From an uncultured Gammaproteobacteria bacterium (GTDB lineage Bacteria > Patescibacteriota > Patescibacteriia > Veblenbacterales > UBA10138), in NCBI GenBank assembly GCA_964453605.1, contig CAYVOI010000001.1:376029-418094 (forward strand): a stretch of 42,066 nt of DNA, given 5' to 3'. Positions 1-6,851 of this stretch are shown here, piece after piece; the first letter of the stretch is position 1, and each line of letters opens with the position of its first letter. The translations under genes and the position numbers were made by a program. The notes under the pieces are model-generated. The model saw nothing but the letters and a program-made list of their open reading frames with translations. It was not told the origin of the DNA and did not search any database.

Positions 1-804
1 TTCTTTATTCTGTTTCTGTGAGCGTTCGTCTTGGCAAATAACCGTAAGGCCAGTGGGGATGTGTACCACGCGAATGGCGGAGTAGGTGGTGTTCACACTC
101 TGCCCGCCGTGGCCGGAAGAGGTGGTGGCTTCAATTTTTAACTCCTCAGGTTTAAGCTCAACCTCAACCGCCTCGGCCTCTGGCATCACCGCCACCGTCA
201 CGGTGGAAGTGTGCACGCGGCCTTGCTTCTCAGTTTCGGGAATGCGCTGTACGCGGTGCACGCCACTCTCGTACTTGAGGTGTGAGTACACGCGGGTGCC
301 GGTAACTTCGAAAATAATTTCTTTGTAGCCACCTAAAGAACTGCGGCTTTCTGACATCACCTGCACGTGCCAGCCCTTGCTCTCGGCGTAGTGTGCGTAC
401 ATGCGGTAGAGCTCGGCGGCAAAGAGCGCGGCTTCGTCGCCGCCGGTGCCCGCACGAATTTCCACAATAGTATTCTTAACGTCAAGCGGGTCGCTAGGCT
501 CCAACCGCTCTTTGAGCTCAGCCTCGGTCGCGGCGAGTTTCAGTTTTACTGTTTCAATCTCTGTCTCGGCCATAGCCCGGAGCTCGCCATCGGCCTCGTT
601 CTTGAGGGTTGTTTGGAGGTGCTTAAGCTCTTCACCAAGTTGCTCACGCTTGTGGGCTAGCTCCAGCACTGTGCTGACCGCTTTGTACTCTGCGCCCAAG
701 CGCCCCAGCTCTTCGGGGTTAGCCAATACCGCAGCGTCCTGGAGTTTTTGCTCCAGTTCGGCCTTACGGGCTGTAAGCTTGGTGATGTGGTCGGTGATGT
801 TCAT
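1..804 (-). CDS. prfA: Peptide chain release factor 1 (3' end runs off the window)
   Basis: Manual translation from the ATG at 804 gives [10 protein letters not shown]...[15 protein letters not shown]...[24 protein letters not shown]...[17 protein letters not shown], with the PxT (PET) specificity motif and GGQ. It is absent from the ORF track because its stop lies outside the window. Confidence 0.96.
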   Translation of the reverse strand, partial: MNITDHITKLTARKAELEQKLQDAAVLANPEELGRLGAEYKAVSTVLELAHKREQLGEELKHLQTTLKNEADGELRAMAETEIETVKLKLAATEAELKERLEPSDPLDVKNTIVEIRAGTGGDEAALFAAELYRMYAHYAESKGWHVQVMSESRSSLGGYKEIIFEVTGTRVYSHLKYESGVHRVQRIPETEKQGRVHTSTVTVAVMPEAEAVEVELKPEELKIEATTSSGHGGQSVNTTYSAIRVVHIPTGLTVICQDERSQKQNKE

Positions 805-813
805 AGTGCTATA

Positions 814-848
814 CAAAAACCCCACGGGGAAACTGCCGCCGCGGGGTC
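814..848 (-). terminator. Possible intrinsic terminator between rpmE and prfA
   Basis: Minus strand ACCCCGCGG...CCGTGGGGT followed by TTTTG. Confidence 0.45.
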
Positions 849-860
849 AGGGAGGACCTG

Positions 861-1109
861 TTACTGAGCTTTAGAGGTTTTGCTCAGGCGTTTCTTGGTA
901 ACCTCTTGGGCTTTGGTGGCTCGCTTCTTGAACCTATCGACGCGGCCGGCGGTATCTACCAGGTTTTGCTTGCCAGTGAAGAACGGGTGGCAGGCAGAGC
1001 AAATTTCCACGTGCAGCTCGGGAACGGTAGAGCCGGTGGTAAAAGTGTTGCCGCAGGCGCAAATGACCTTGGCGTTTGGGTAGTAGGTGGGGTGTACATT
1101 GGCTTTCAT
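861..1109 (-). CDS. rpmE: 50S ribosomal protein L31, zinc-binding type
   Basis: [10 protein letters not shown]...CACG...[26 protein letters not shown], with CxC and CxxC intact. The ATG at 1109 is preferred over the 1130 start in the ORF track. Confidence 0.97.
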   Translation of the reverse strand: MKANVHPTYYPNAKVICACGNTFTTGSTVPELHVEICSACHPFFTGKQNLVDTAGRVDRFKKRATKAQEVTKKRLSKTSKAQ

Positions 1110-1120
1110 AAGCAAAATGC

Positions 1121-1149
1121 AGTTTACCACCTTTCCGAAGGCCTGGCAA
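1121..1149 (-). promoter_or_regulatory. sigma70 promoter for rpmE-prfA
   Basis: TTGCCA (1149-1144), 17-nt spacer, TG-extended TAAACT (1126-1121), ending 11 nt before the ATG. Confidence 0.7.
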
Positions 1150-1160
1150 GGGCTTAGGGT

Positions 1161-1189
1161 TTGACAACATAGCCGTTTTGCCCTACACT
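1161..1189 (+). promoter_or_regulatory. sigma70 promoter for the 1270 ORF
   Basis: TTGACA (1161-1166), 17-nt spacer, TACACT (1184-1189). Confidence 0.75.
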
Positions 1190-1269
1190 AATTTGTTACT
1201 ACCAGTACGGACATTAACAACAGTCCCTGCTAACAGGGACATAACTATAAACAAATCAAAGGAGATGCC

Positions 1270-1722
1270 ATGTCAAAGGAAAGTCCGTGGCCCCAGGGCT
1301 CAGTTCGCCCCGCTTCGTTCGAACCCAAGTGGTTCCCTGGTGGGAACTGTTCTATCTACGAGCAGGACGAGCGCTCCCTGGCGCTAGCTGAAGTTAACCT
1401 GTCCACGGTTAAGCTTGTAACCTGCCTCAAAAAAGGTGAGGCCCGTATCAAGGGCCAGGAAAGACTGAAGCGCCTGAAACAGGCGGGTCACATTCTCCTC
1501 GATGCTAGGTTCTGTCTGGCGATCTGGAATAACGAAGAGCTTATTCCTAAGAGCTGGAGGGGTAAGGACATCTGTTTCGACGGCACTGTCCTCCAGCACC
1601 CGCGCGCCGGCTGTGGTGTGATGTGCCTGAGCTGCTGGGGCGACGAGTGCGGCTGGGGCCTAAAATGGCTTAAGGACGTCTGGTACCCCAACCAGCCTTC
1701 GGCTGTTCTCGTCGCCGCCTAA
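1270..1722 (+). CDS. Hypothetical protein (150 aa)
   Basis: ORF with its own promoter, SD AAAGGAG (1258-1264) and a downstream terminator; Trp-rich C-terminus; no recognised function. Confidence 0.8.
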   Translation: MSKESPWPQGSVRPASFEPKWFPGGNCSIYEQDERSLALAEVNLSTVKLVTCLKKGEARIKGQERLKRLKQAGHILLDARFCLAIWNNEELIPKSWRGKDICFDGTVLQHPRAGCGVMCLSCWGDECGWGLKWLKDVWYPNQPSAVLVAA

Positions 1723-1777
1723 CGCGAGGCGAGTACGTTGGCCTTGTGCGTTGAGCCAAGGCTAACGTAAAACCTGT

Positions 1778-1819
1778 ACCCCTCATGTTCAAATGCTATG
1801 AACATGAGGGGTGTTTTTA
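1778..1819 (+). terminator. Intrinsic terminator
   Basis: Perfect 14-bp stem ACCCCTCATGTTCA/TGAACATGAGGGGT followed by GTTTTT. Confidence 0.85.
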
Positions 1820-1837
1820 TTGGTTAGAGGCCAAGAC

Positions 1838-1866
1838 TTGCCAAGTTCCTAGGTTTAGCCTATACT
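1838..1866 (+). promoter_or_regulatory. sigma70 promoter of the rpsB-tsf-pyrH operon
   Basis: TTGCCA (1838-1843), 17-nt spacer, TATACT (1861-1866). Confidence 0.8.
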
Positions 1867-1871
1867 ACCTG

Positions 1872-1999
1872 CACTTAATCTCCATACCATTTGCTGGCTG
1901 TACCCTTGTCCGCCCTGGGCGGATTCTCCAGCCTTTCAAAGCAGGCGGTAGCAGCTCTCCCCGTAATACTTTGGGGAGGGGTAAAGGAAGCAGTTTTTT
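1872..1999 (+). ncRNA. Structured 5' leader, probable rpsB (S2) regulatory leader
   Basis: Lies between the promoter and the original rpsB start site. Nested stems: TACCCTT/AGGGGTA, TCCGCC/GGCGGA, CTCCCC/GGGGAG. Confidence 0.5.
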
Positions 2000-2000
2000 T

Positions 2001-2319
2001 ATGCCCGGTAGTGAAACTTTGACAGGTTATGTTCCATTACGTATACGTACTTCGAAGCTCGGTCATAAGGAGTGCTTTACCACGGGCAGACTACCGATTT
2101 CAAGAAACGGCTTAGGGAACATAACCAAGGTCTAGTGATTTCGACCAAGCCATACCGTCCCTGGGAGCTCATATACTACGAAGCTTGTTTGTCTGAGAGC
2201 GACGCTAAGCGTCGAGAGCACTACTTCAAGACCAATCAAGGCAGGCGGCTCCTCAAACGTCGTATCAAAGATTACCTATTCACTATTAACTCTTAAGTCA
2301 AAGTTCTACTACCGGGTAT
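2001..2319. mobile_element. Miniature inverted-repeat element carrying a GIY-YIG nuclease gene, inserted at the rpsB start
   Basis: ATGCCCGGTAGTGAAACTTTGAC (2001-2023) pairs with GTCAAAGTTCTACTACCGGGTAT (2297-2319): 20 Watson-Crick pairs, 2 G-T pairs, 1 mismatch. TATGCCC occurs at both 2000-2006 and 2317-2323. Confidence 0.75.
2029..2296 (+). pseudogene. Small standalone GIY-YIG endonuclease (UPF0213/YhbQ-like), frameshifted
   Basis: MFHYVYVLRS from the ATG at 2029 is in a different frame from LYHGQTTDFKKRLREHNQG...TKPYRPWELIYYEAC...DAKRREHYFK (2072-2296). The frame changes within about 2056-2075. Confidence 0.8.
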
Positions 2320-3064
2320 GCCCCAACTCCCCACACTACTCGAGATGCTGAAGGCCGGCGTGCACTTTGGCCACCAGAAGTCCAAGTGGCACCCCAAGAT
2401 GCGCGACTACATTTACACCGTGCGCCATGGCATCCACATTTTAGACCTCGAGAAAACCTCGGCCGCTCTAGAGCGCGCGCTCAATTTTCTCAGGGACGTT
2501 GCTGCCGGTGGTGGCACGGTGCTGTTCGTAAGCCTCAAGGAGCAGGCTGATAAGCCAATTCGCGAGGCGGCCGAGCGTACCAACCAGCCCTACATTGTAG
2601 GCCGCTGGCTCGGCGGTGTGTTCACCAACTTTAGTGTTATTGGCAAGCTCTTGAGGCGCCTTGACTCGTTAGAAGCCGAACAGAAGGGCGGCATCTGGGA
2701 GCAGAAGTACTCTAAGAAGGAGCAGCTTGAGCTGCAGCGTGATTTTGACAAGCTCCAGGAAACGGTTGGTGGTATTCGCAACCTGACTAAGCTGCCGCAG
2801 GCCATCTTCCTCGTTGGTACACGCGAGGCTAAGAACGCCATTCGCGAGGCCAAGAAGGTCGGCGTGCCAGTGGCAGCGTTGGTTGATACCAACACGAACC
2901 CTGAGCAAGTTACCTACCCCATTCCTGCGAACGACGACGCCATGCACGCTATAGAGATGATGGTAAAGTTGGCCGCTGAGGCGGTTATGGAAGGCCAGAA
3001 AATTGCCCTCGAGGGAACAAAGGCCGAGGCCGAAGGCCCTAAGGCGCCAGTGCCAGCTGCATAA
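2318..3064 (+). CDS. rpsB: 30S ribosomal protein S2
   Basis: LLEMLKAGVHFGHQKSKWHPKM, RWLGGVFTNF, LVDTNTNP, PIPANDDA. Confidence 0.98.
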   Translation: MPQLPTLLEMLKAGVHFGHQKSKWHPKMRDYIYTVRHGIHILDLEKTSAALERALNFLRDVAAGGGTVLFVSLKEQADKPIREAAERTNQPYIVGRWLGGVFTNFSVIGKLLRRLDSLEAEQKGGIWEQKYSKKEQLELQRDFDKLQETVGGIRNLTKLPQAIFLVGTREAKNAIREAKKVGVPVAALVDTNTNPEQVTYPIPANDDAMHAIEMMVKLAAEAVMEGQKIALEGTKAEAEGPKAPVPAA

Positions 3065-3074
3065 ACTTACACCT

Positions 3075-3692
3075 ATGACAGCAGTTACTACCCAAGATGT
3101 ACAGCAGCTCCGCGCGGCGAGTGGCGCAGGCATGATGGACGCCAAGAAAGCGCTCACCGAAGCCGGTGGTGACTTTGAGAAAGCCATTGATTTGTTACGC
3201 AAGCGTGGGGCTAAGGTTGCGGCCAGCAAAGGCGACCGTACCACCAGCCAAGGTTTGGTGGAAGCTTATATCCACGGCGAAGGGACTTTGGGCGTGCTGG
3301 TGGAGGTAGCGTGCGAAACTGACTTTGTAGCACGTACCGACACGTTCAAGGCCTTAGCACACGATCTAGCACTCCACGTGGCCGCCAGCAATCCCCAGTA
3401 CGTAAGCCCTGACCAGGTGCCGGCTGAGGTTGTGGCGCGCGAGAAAGCTGTCTACGTTGACCAGCTCAAACAACAGGGGAAAGAGGGCCCCATGGTAGAG
3501 AAGATTATTGAGGGTAAGTTGGAAAAGTTCTACCAAGAGGTTTGTCTCATGAAGCAGCCGTTTTTCCGGGACGACACCAAGACCGTAGGTGAGGTGATGG
3601 TGGCTGCAATTGCCACCTTGGGTGAGAACATAAAGGTGAAACGGTTTGCGCGGTTCAGCTTGACTGGGGGGTCGGCTGTATGGACCGGTTAG
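3075..3692 (+). CDS. tsf: Elongation factor Ts (short form)
   Basis: LRAASGAGMMDAKKAL and EVACETDFVAR; ATG at 3075. Confidence 0.97.
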   Translation: MTAVTTQDVQQLRAASGAGMMDAKKALTEAGGDFEKAIDLLRKRGAKVAASKGDRTTSQGLVEAYIHGEGTLGVLVEVACETDFVARTDTFKALAHDLALHVAASNPQYVSPDQVPAEVVAREKAVYVDQLKQQGKEGPMVEKIIEGKLEKFYQEVCLMKQPFFRDDTKTVGEVMVAAIATLGENIKVKRFARFSLTGGSAVWTG

Positions 3693-4390
3693 CCTACCAC
3701 CGAGTACTGCTGAAGCTCTCGGGTGAGGCCTTAGGTGCCTCGGGCCAGGGGATTGACCCACACAAACTAGCTGAGGTAGTGCGCGAGGTCAGGAGCTTGC
3801 GCCGTTTGGGCGTAGAGCTCGCTATGGTGATAGGCGCCGGGAACATCTGGCGTAAGCGCAACCAGGGCAGCCACATGGACCCGGTAACCGCCGACTACCT
3901 GGGTATCATTGCTACCGTTATGAATGCGCTCGCTCTCCGGCAAGCGCTGCAGCGTGCTGGGGTGCGGGTAGCAGTACAGTCCGCCGTCGCCTCGGGTGTG
4001 CCTGTGGTTGAGCCGCTACACTCCGCTCGGGCGCGGGCAGCGCTTAAGCGTGGTGAGGTAGTAGTGTTTGCTGGTGGTACGGGTAAGCCGTTCTGTACCA
4101 CTGACACTGCTGCCGCGGAGCGGGCGGTGGAACTCAGGGCCGACGTTATTGTGAAGCTCGGCCCAGCTGACGGCGTCTACAGCGCTGATCCGGCTAAGGT
4201 TCGCCGGGCAAAAAAGCTAGCCACCATTACCCTGCGCCAGGCCCTGAGGTACCGGTTGGGGTTTATGGACAGAGCAGCACTCAAGCTGTGTCTGGAGGCT
4301 AACATGCCTGTCCTGGTTTGCCGCTGGCAGCGGGGGGTGCTCAGTCGAGTGCTACGCGGGCAGCAGGTTGGCACACTAGTAACAACGTAG
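3680..4390 (+). CDS. pyrH: Uridylate kinase
   Basis: RVLLKLSGEAL, GAGNIWR, ATVMNAL, GGTGKPFCTTDTAAA, DGVYSADP; follows tsf. Confidence 0.93.
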   Translation: MDRLAYHRVLLKLSGEALGASGQGIDPHKLAEVVREVRSLRRLGVELAMVIGAGNIWRKRNQGSHMDPVTADYLGIIATVMNALALRQALQRAGVRVAVQSAVASGVPVVEPLHSARARAALKRGEVVVFAGGTGKPFCTTDTAAAERAVELRADVIVKLGPADGVYSADPAKVRRAKKLATITLRQALRYRLGFMDRAALKLCLEANMPVLVCRWQRGVLSRVLRGQQVGTLVTT

Positions 4391-4414
4391 CGTTTAGATT
4401 AACCAGGTTTACAG

Positions 4415-4455
4415 AAAAATAAGACAGCCGCTCCGAAAGAAATCGGAACGGCTGT
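4415..4455 (-). terminator. Terminator of the secreted-protein operon (possibly bidirectional)
   Basis: ACAGCCG-TCCGA/TCGGA-CGGCTGT stem with an A-tract on its left (U-tract on the minus strand). Confidence 0.7.
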
Positions 4456-4495
4456 GCGCCAAGCGAGACTGTCCTCTAAAGGTCTCGCCAGCTTA

Positions 4496-5419
4496 TTATT
4501 TTAGTAGTGCCATTTTCCCCACCTCCACATAGGCACGAACGTCGCTGGTGGCGCTAGCCTGCAGGCGGTAGATGTACATACCGCTAGGCACGTTAGCCGC
4601 TGCCTGGAAGCTAACAGCGTAGTACCCGCCTGGCTGCGTGCCATCGACCAGGGTGGCGACCTTTTGGCCGAGCATGTTGTACACCGCCAGCCTGACGTAG
4701 CTTTCGGTTGGTAGCTCGTACTGGATGGTCGTCGAGGGGTTGAACGGGTTGGGGTAGTTCTGCAGCAGCCGGTACGTCGCTGGAACAGAGCCGGGGCCCG
4801 TTGCCACGGCCGTGGGATTGCCGTACAGCCAGCGTATCCCATCTTCATCGTCCTGTGACAGGTACCGTTTGCTGGTGGAGCCAGCGGTTTGCCCGTAGTA
4901 CATGGTGTTGCCGCTACAGTGGTCGTCGTACTCATCCATTAGTTTCAGCCAGTGACCCAGCTCATGGGTGATGGTGGACTGAATGTCCCACTGAGATACA
5001 CTGGGACTAATGCTCCACTCTATGCCATCAACCTGGTTGAAGCACGTTTGTGCTTCAACCATGCCATCGACAGGGTTCCAAAACGTAGTCGTGCGGGCCA
5101 GCACCGTCACATCGGTTAAGAGTTGCCAACCGACGATGTTGAACCCCTGTTCCGTACCGGTATAGTTCTCAGCTCGTTCACTTGCATACGAGAACCAGAA
5201 CGACGAGCCCGGAACGTACGTTAGCGTTTGTGCTGCATCCAGAGTCCCATTCACGAACTCTGCGTGGCTGGCGGAATTGGTGCCCATGTTATCGTTTATG
5301 TAAAACGTCACATGGGCACTGTGCCAGAAGCACCCCTGTGGACTGCTGTAGCAGGGCTGAGCTTTGGTGGTTGAAATAAACCACGAACTCAGTGCGATAA
5401 GGAGAAGTAACCGTTTCAT
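4496..5419 (-). CDS. Secreted matrixin/metzincin-like zinc metalloprotease with a C-terminal T9SS type A sorting domain
   Basis: Signal peptide MKRLLLLIAL...; zinc motif HELGHWLKLMD with Met-turn NTMY; C-terminal LLQNYPNPFNPSTTIQYELP...VYNMLGQKVATLV...SGMYIYRLQA...KMALLK; SD AAGGAGGT. Confidence 0.85.
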   Translation of the reverse strand: MKRLLLLIALSSWFISTTKAQPCYSSPQGCFWHSAHVTFYINDNMGTNSASHAEFVNGTLDAAQTLTYVPGSSFWFSYASERAENYTGTEQGFNIVGWQLLTDVTVLARTTTFWNPVDGMVEAQTCFNQVDGIEWSISPSVSQWDIQSTITHELGHWLKLMDEYDDHCSGNTMYYGQTAGSTSKRYLSQDDEDGIRWLYGNPTAVATGPGSVPATYRLLQNYPNPFNPSTTIQYELPTESYVRLAVYNMLGQKVATLVDGTQPGGYYAVSFQAAANVPSGMYIYRLQASATSDVRAYVEVGKMALLK

Positions 5420-5430
5420 GGCTCACCTCC

Positions 5431-6144
5431 TTACTTCCCCAAAACCTTAACGGTTTTGGTAACAGAGCTCTCCCATGCTTCAACGGTGACGCTGCGGCCA
5501 GTCACGGTCGCTAGCCTGCCGTTACTCGGGCGGTACACGCCTCCGAGCAAGCCCTGGATTTGGTAGTACAAGGTGCTTGAGCTCTGCAATTGCTGCAGCG
5601 CCCGTGGATAGTTTCTCTGCATATCCATGTACAAACTAGCTGCAGATAAGAATACCCAGACCTCATTTCCTTCCTGAAGGTCGTCCACGTTATCGGTGGT
5701 GGCTTGGTTGCTCTCGCTTGGTCCATTGAACAGCAGGACTTGCACCACGTTGGAGGTATCTCCGTAGTCGTTCCTATAAAATTGACTGACCTTCAGCGTG
5801 GCGACGCCGTGGAACGGTCCGATTACTATAGGTTCGACTTTTTCTACGGTCGCGTGCACAATGTAGTCCGCGAGTAGAGCCTTAGTAGACTCTGTACGGT
5901 TGGCCCGATTGGCGATGTCAGCCGCCACCCGTGTCCCGTCGGCCGCCTCAAACTGCCGCAGGGTTTCTGGAGTGTAGCCCATTTCAGTAAAGAAACGAGC
6001 GTACTCACCCTTGATGCCGAACTGCCTAAGGGCGGCTCGGTTGGCGGCTGTAAGCCCGTACCGGTTGAAGCGGTACGGCTCGCTACCGTAGGCAAGCGTG
6101 GCTGCAACTGCAACCATGGCGAAGTATATAGTGAGAGTCTTCAT
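5431..6144 (-). CDS. Secreted hypothetical protein co-transcribed with the protease
   Basis: Signal peptide MKTLTIYFAMVAVAATLAYG; SD GAAAGGGGG; ends 11 nt before the protease start. Confidence 0.8.
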   Translation of the reverse strand: MKTLTIYFAMVAVAATLAYGSEPYRFNRYGLTAANRAALRQFGIKGEYARFFTEMGYTPETLRQFEAADGTRVAADIANRANRTESTKALLADYIVHATVEKVEPIVIGPFHGVATLKVSQFYRNDYGDTSNVVQVLLFNGPSESNQATTDNVDDLQEGNEVWVFLSAASLYMDMQRNYPRALQQLQSSSTLYYQIQGLLGGVYRPSNGRLATVTGRSVTVEAWESSVTKTVKVLGK

Positions 6145-6276
6145 AAGACCCCCTTTCTTCCTCCGGTTTTTGTTATTAGCAATGGGCTACTGGTGTATGC
6201 CCCACAACTGTGGGACAGGCTTGATAACGCCACTCATTGTTTTTTGTTAAAAGGCGTTTTTCGTTACCTTGGCCCG

Positions 6277-6306
6277 ACCTTAGCAAAAGTTCAAGCTGGC
6301 TGTCAA
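6277..6306 (-). promoter_or_regulatory. sigma70 promoter for the secreted-protein operon
   Basis: TTGACA (6306-6301), 18-nt spacer, TG-extended TAAGGT; boxA-like CGCCTTTTAACA at 6256-6245. Confidence 0.6.
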
Positions 6307-6352
6307 GCACGGCTCGCCGCCTTACGTTTAGGGGTTTAGTTATCCACAGAGC

Positions 6353-6382
6353 TTGACAACCGTACGGATAGAAGTTTAAGAT
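6353..6382 (+). promoter_or_regulatory. sigma70 promoter for the structured transcript
   Basis: TTGACA (6353-6358), 18-nt spacer, TAAGAT (6377-6382). Confidence 0.65.
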
Positions 6383-6509
6383 GCCGCTAAGCTGAGGTAC
6401 GGGATAGCGTATTGCCGCGTCAGGCAGGTCAACAAGACCACTTCGTATCCCCAAACCCTTGGCCCAACACACAATTCACTATTTCAAAAACAAACCCCAT
6501 GGAGGTTCC

Positions 6510-6617
6510 ATGCTGAAAGTAAGAAACCTCCCACCCATGACGGTGGCACCCCGGAACATCATGCCGACCGGCCGGAGCGGTACCAAAGAATACAGCAATG
6601 CAATTCACGGTCCTTAA
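6510..6617 (+). CDS. Putative 35-aa small protein
   Basis: GGAGGT at 6501-6506, then ATG: MLKVRNLPPMTVAPRNIMPTGRSGTKEYSNAIHGP*. Confidence 0.4.
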   Translation: MLKVRNLPPMTVAPRNIMPTGRSGTKEYSNAIHGP

Positions 6618-6718
6618 GTGGATCGCCTGATTCTCAAGTGTGATCACACTCATCATCAGGGCCCGCCCGAGCAGGGCAGGGGGACCAGATCCTCGCCCTC
6701 TTGATCATTGCTGATCAC

Positions 6719-6801
6719 AAGCCCAACCCGCAGCTAGAGTTACTAGAAGCCCAAGGCTTCCTAAACAAAGAGCTGCTCCATTGCGGGTTGGCTTTTTTTT
6801 T
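6719..6801 (+). terminator. Terminator-like stem with T tract
   Basis: AAGCCCAACCCGCAG...TTGCGGGTTGGCTT, running into a T9 tract. Confidence 0.7.
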
Positions 6802-6851
6802 ACTCCAAATGCGCCTATACTAGAGGTGTACCCATTTACCTTTACTCACTT

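Larger units (their letters stand above)
6388..6801 (+). ncRNA. Candidate structured RNA or small-ORF mRNA of unknown family
   Basis: Bounded by a promoter and a terminator. Many stems: GGGATA/TATCCC, TGCC/GGCA, GGTC/GACC, GGAGGTT/AACCTCC, CCTGAT/ATCAGG, GCAGCT/AGCTGC, GAAGCC/GGCTTC. Confidence 0.45.

Noticed and set aside
86-874. Plus-strand ORFs at 86, 367 and 446
   Set aside because: They are antisense to prfA, which the ORF track missed because it is truncated by the window edge.
1978-1995. AGGAAGCAG resembling SRP RNA helix 8
   Set aside because: The upstream CAGG-stem-GNRA part of the SRP motif is absent.
1785-2135. 116-aa ORF upstream of the GIY-YIG gene
   Set aside because: It starts inside a terminator and runs through a promoter and structured leader; no protein motif.
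3020-3050. GGCCGAAGGCC palindrome in the rpsB tail as a REP-like insert
   Set aside because: Too short, and explained by Ala-Glu-Gly codons in a variable C-terminal tail.
6340-6348. Perfect DnaA box TTATCCACA
   Set aside because: Single copy with no box cluster, no unwinding element and no dnaA nearby, so it is not called as oriC. It may still affect the divergent promoters.
6390-6445. Partial resemblance to yybP-ykoY or TPP riboswitch words (GGGATAGC, CGTCA, CAAGACC, GCTGAG)
   Set aside because: Spacing is too short and the required core stems and motifs are missing.
6541-6553. GGTGGCACC resembling a T-box antiterminator
   Set aside because: No stem I or specifier loop seen, the flanks do not match the consensus, and the downstream gene is gap.
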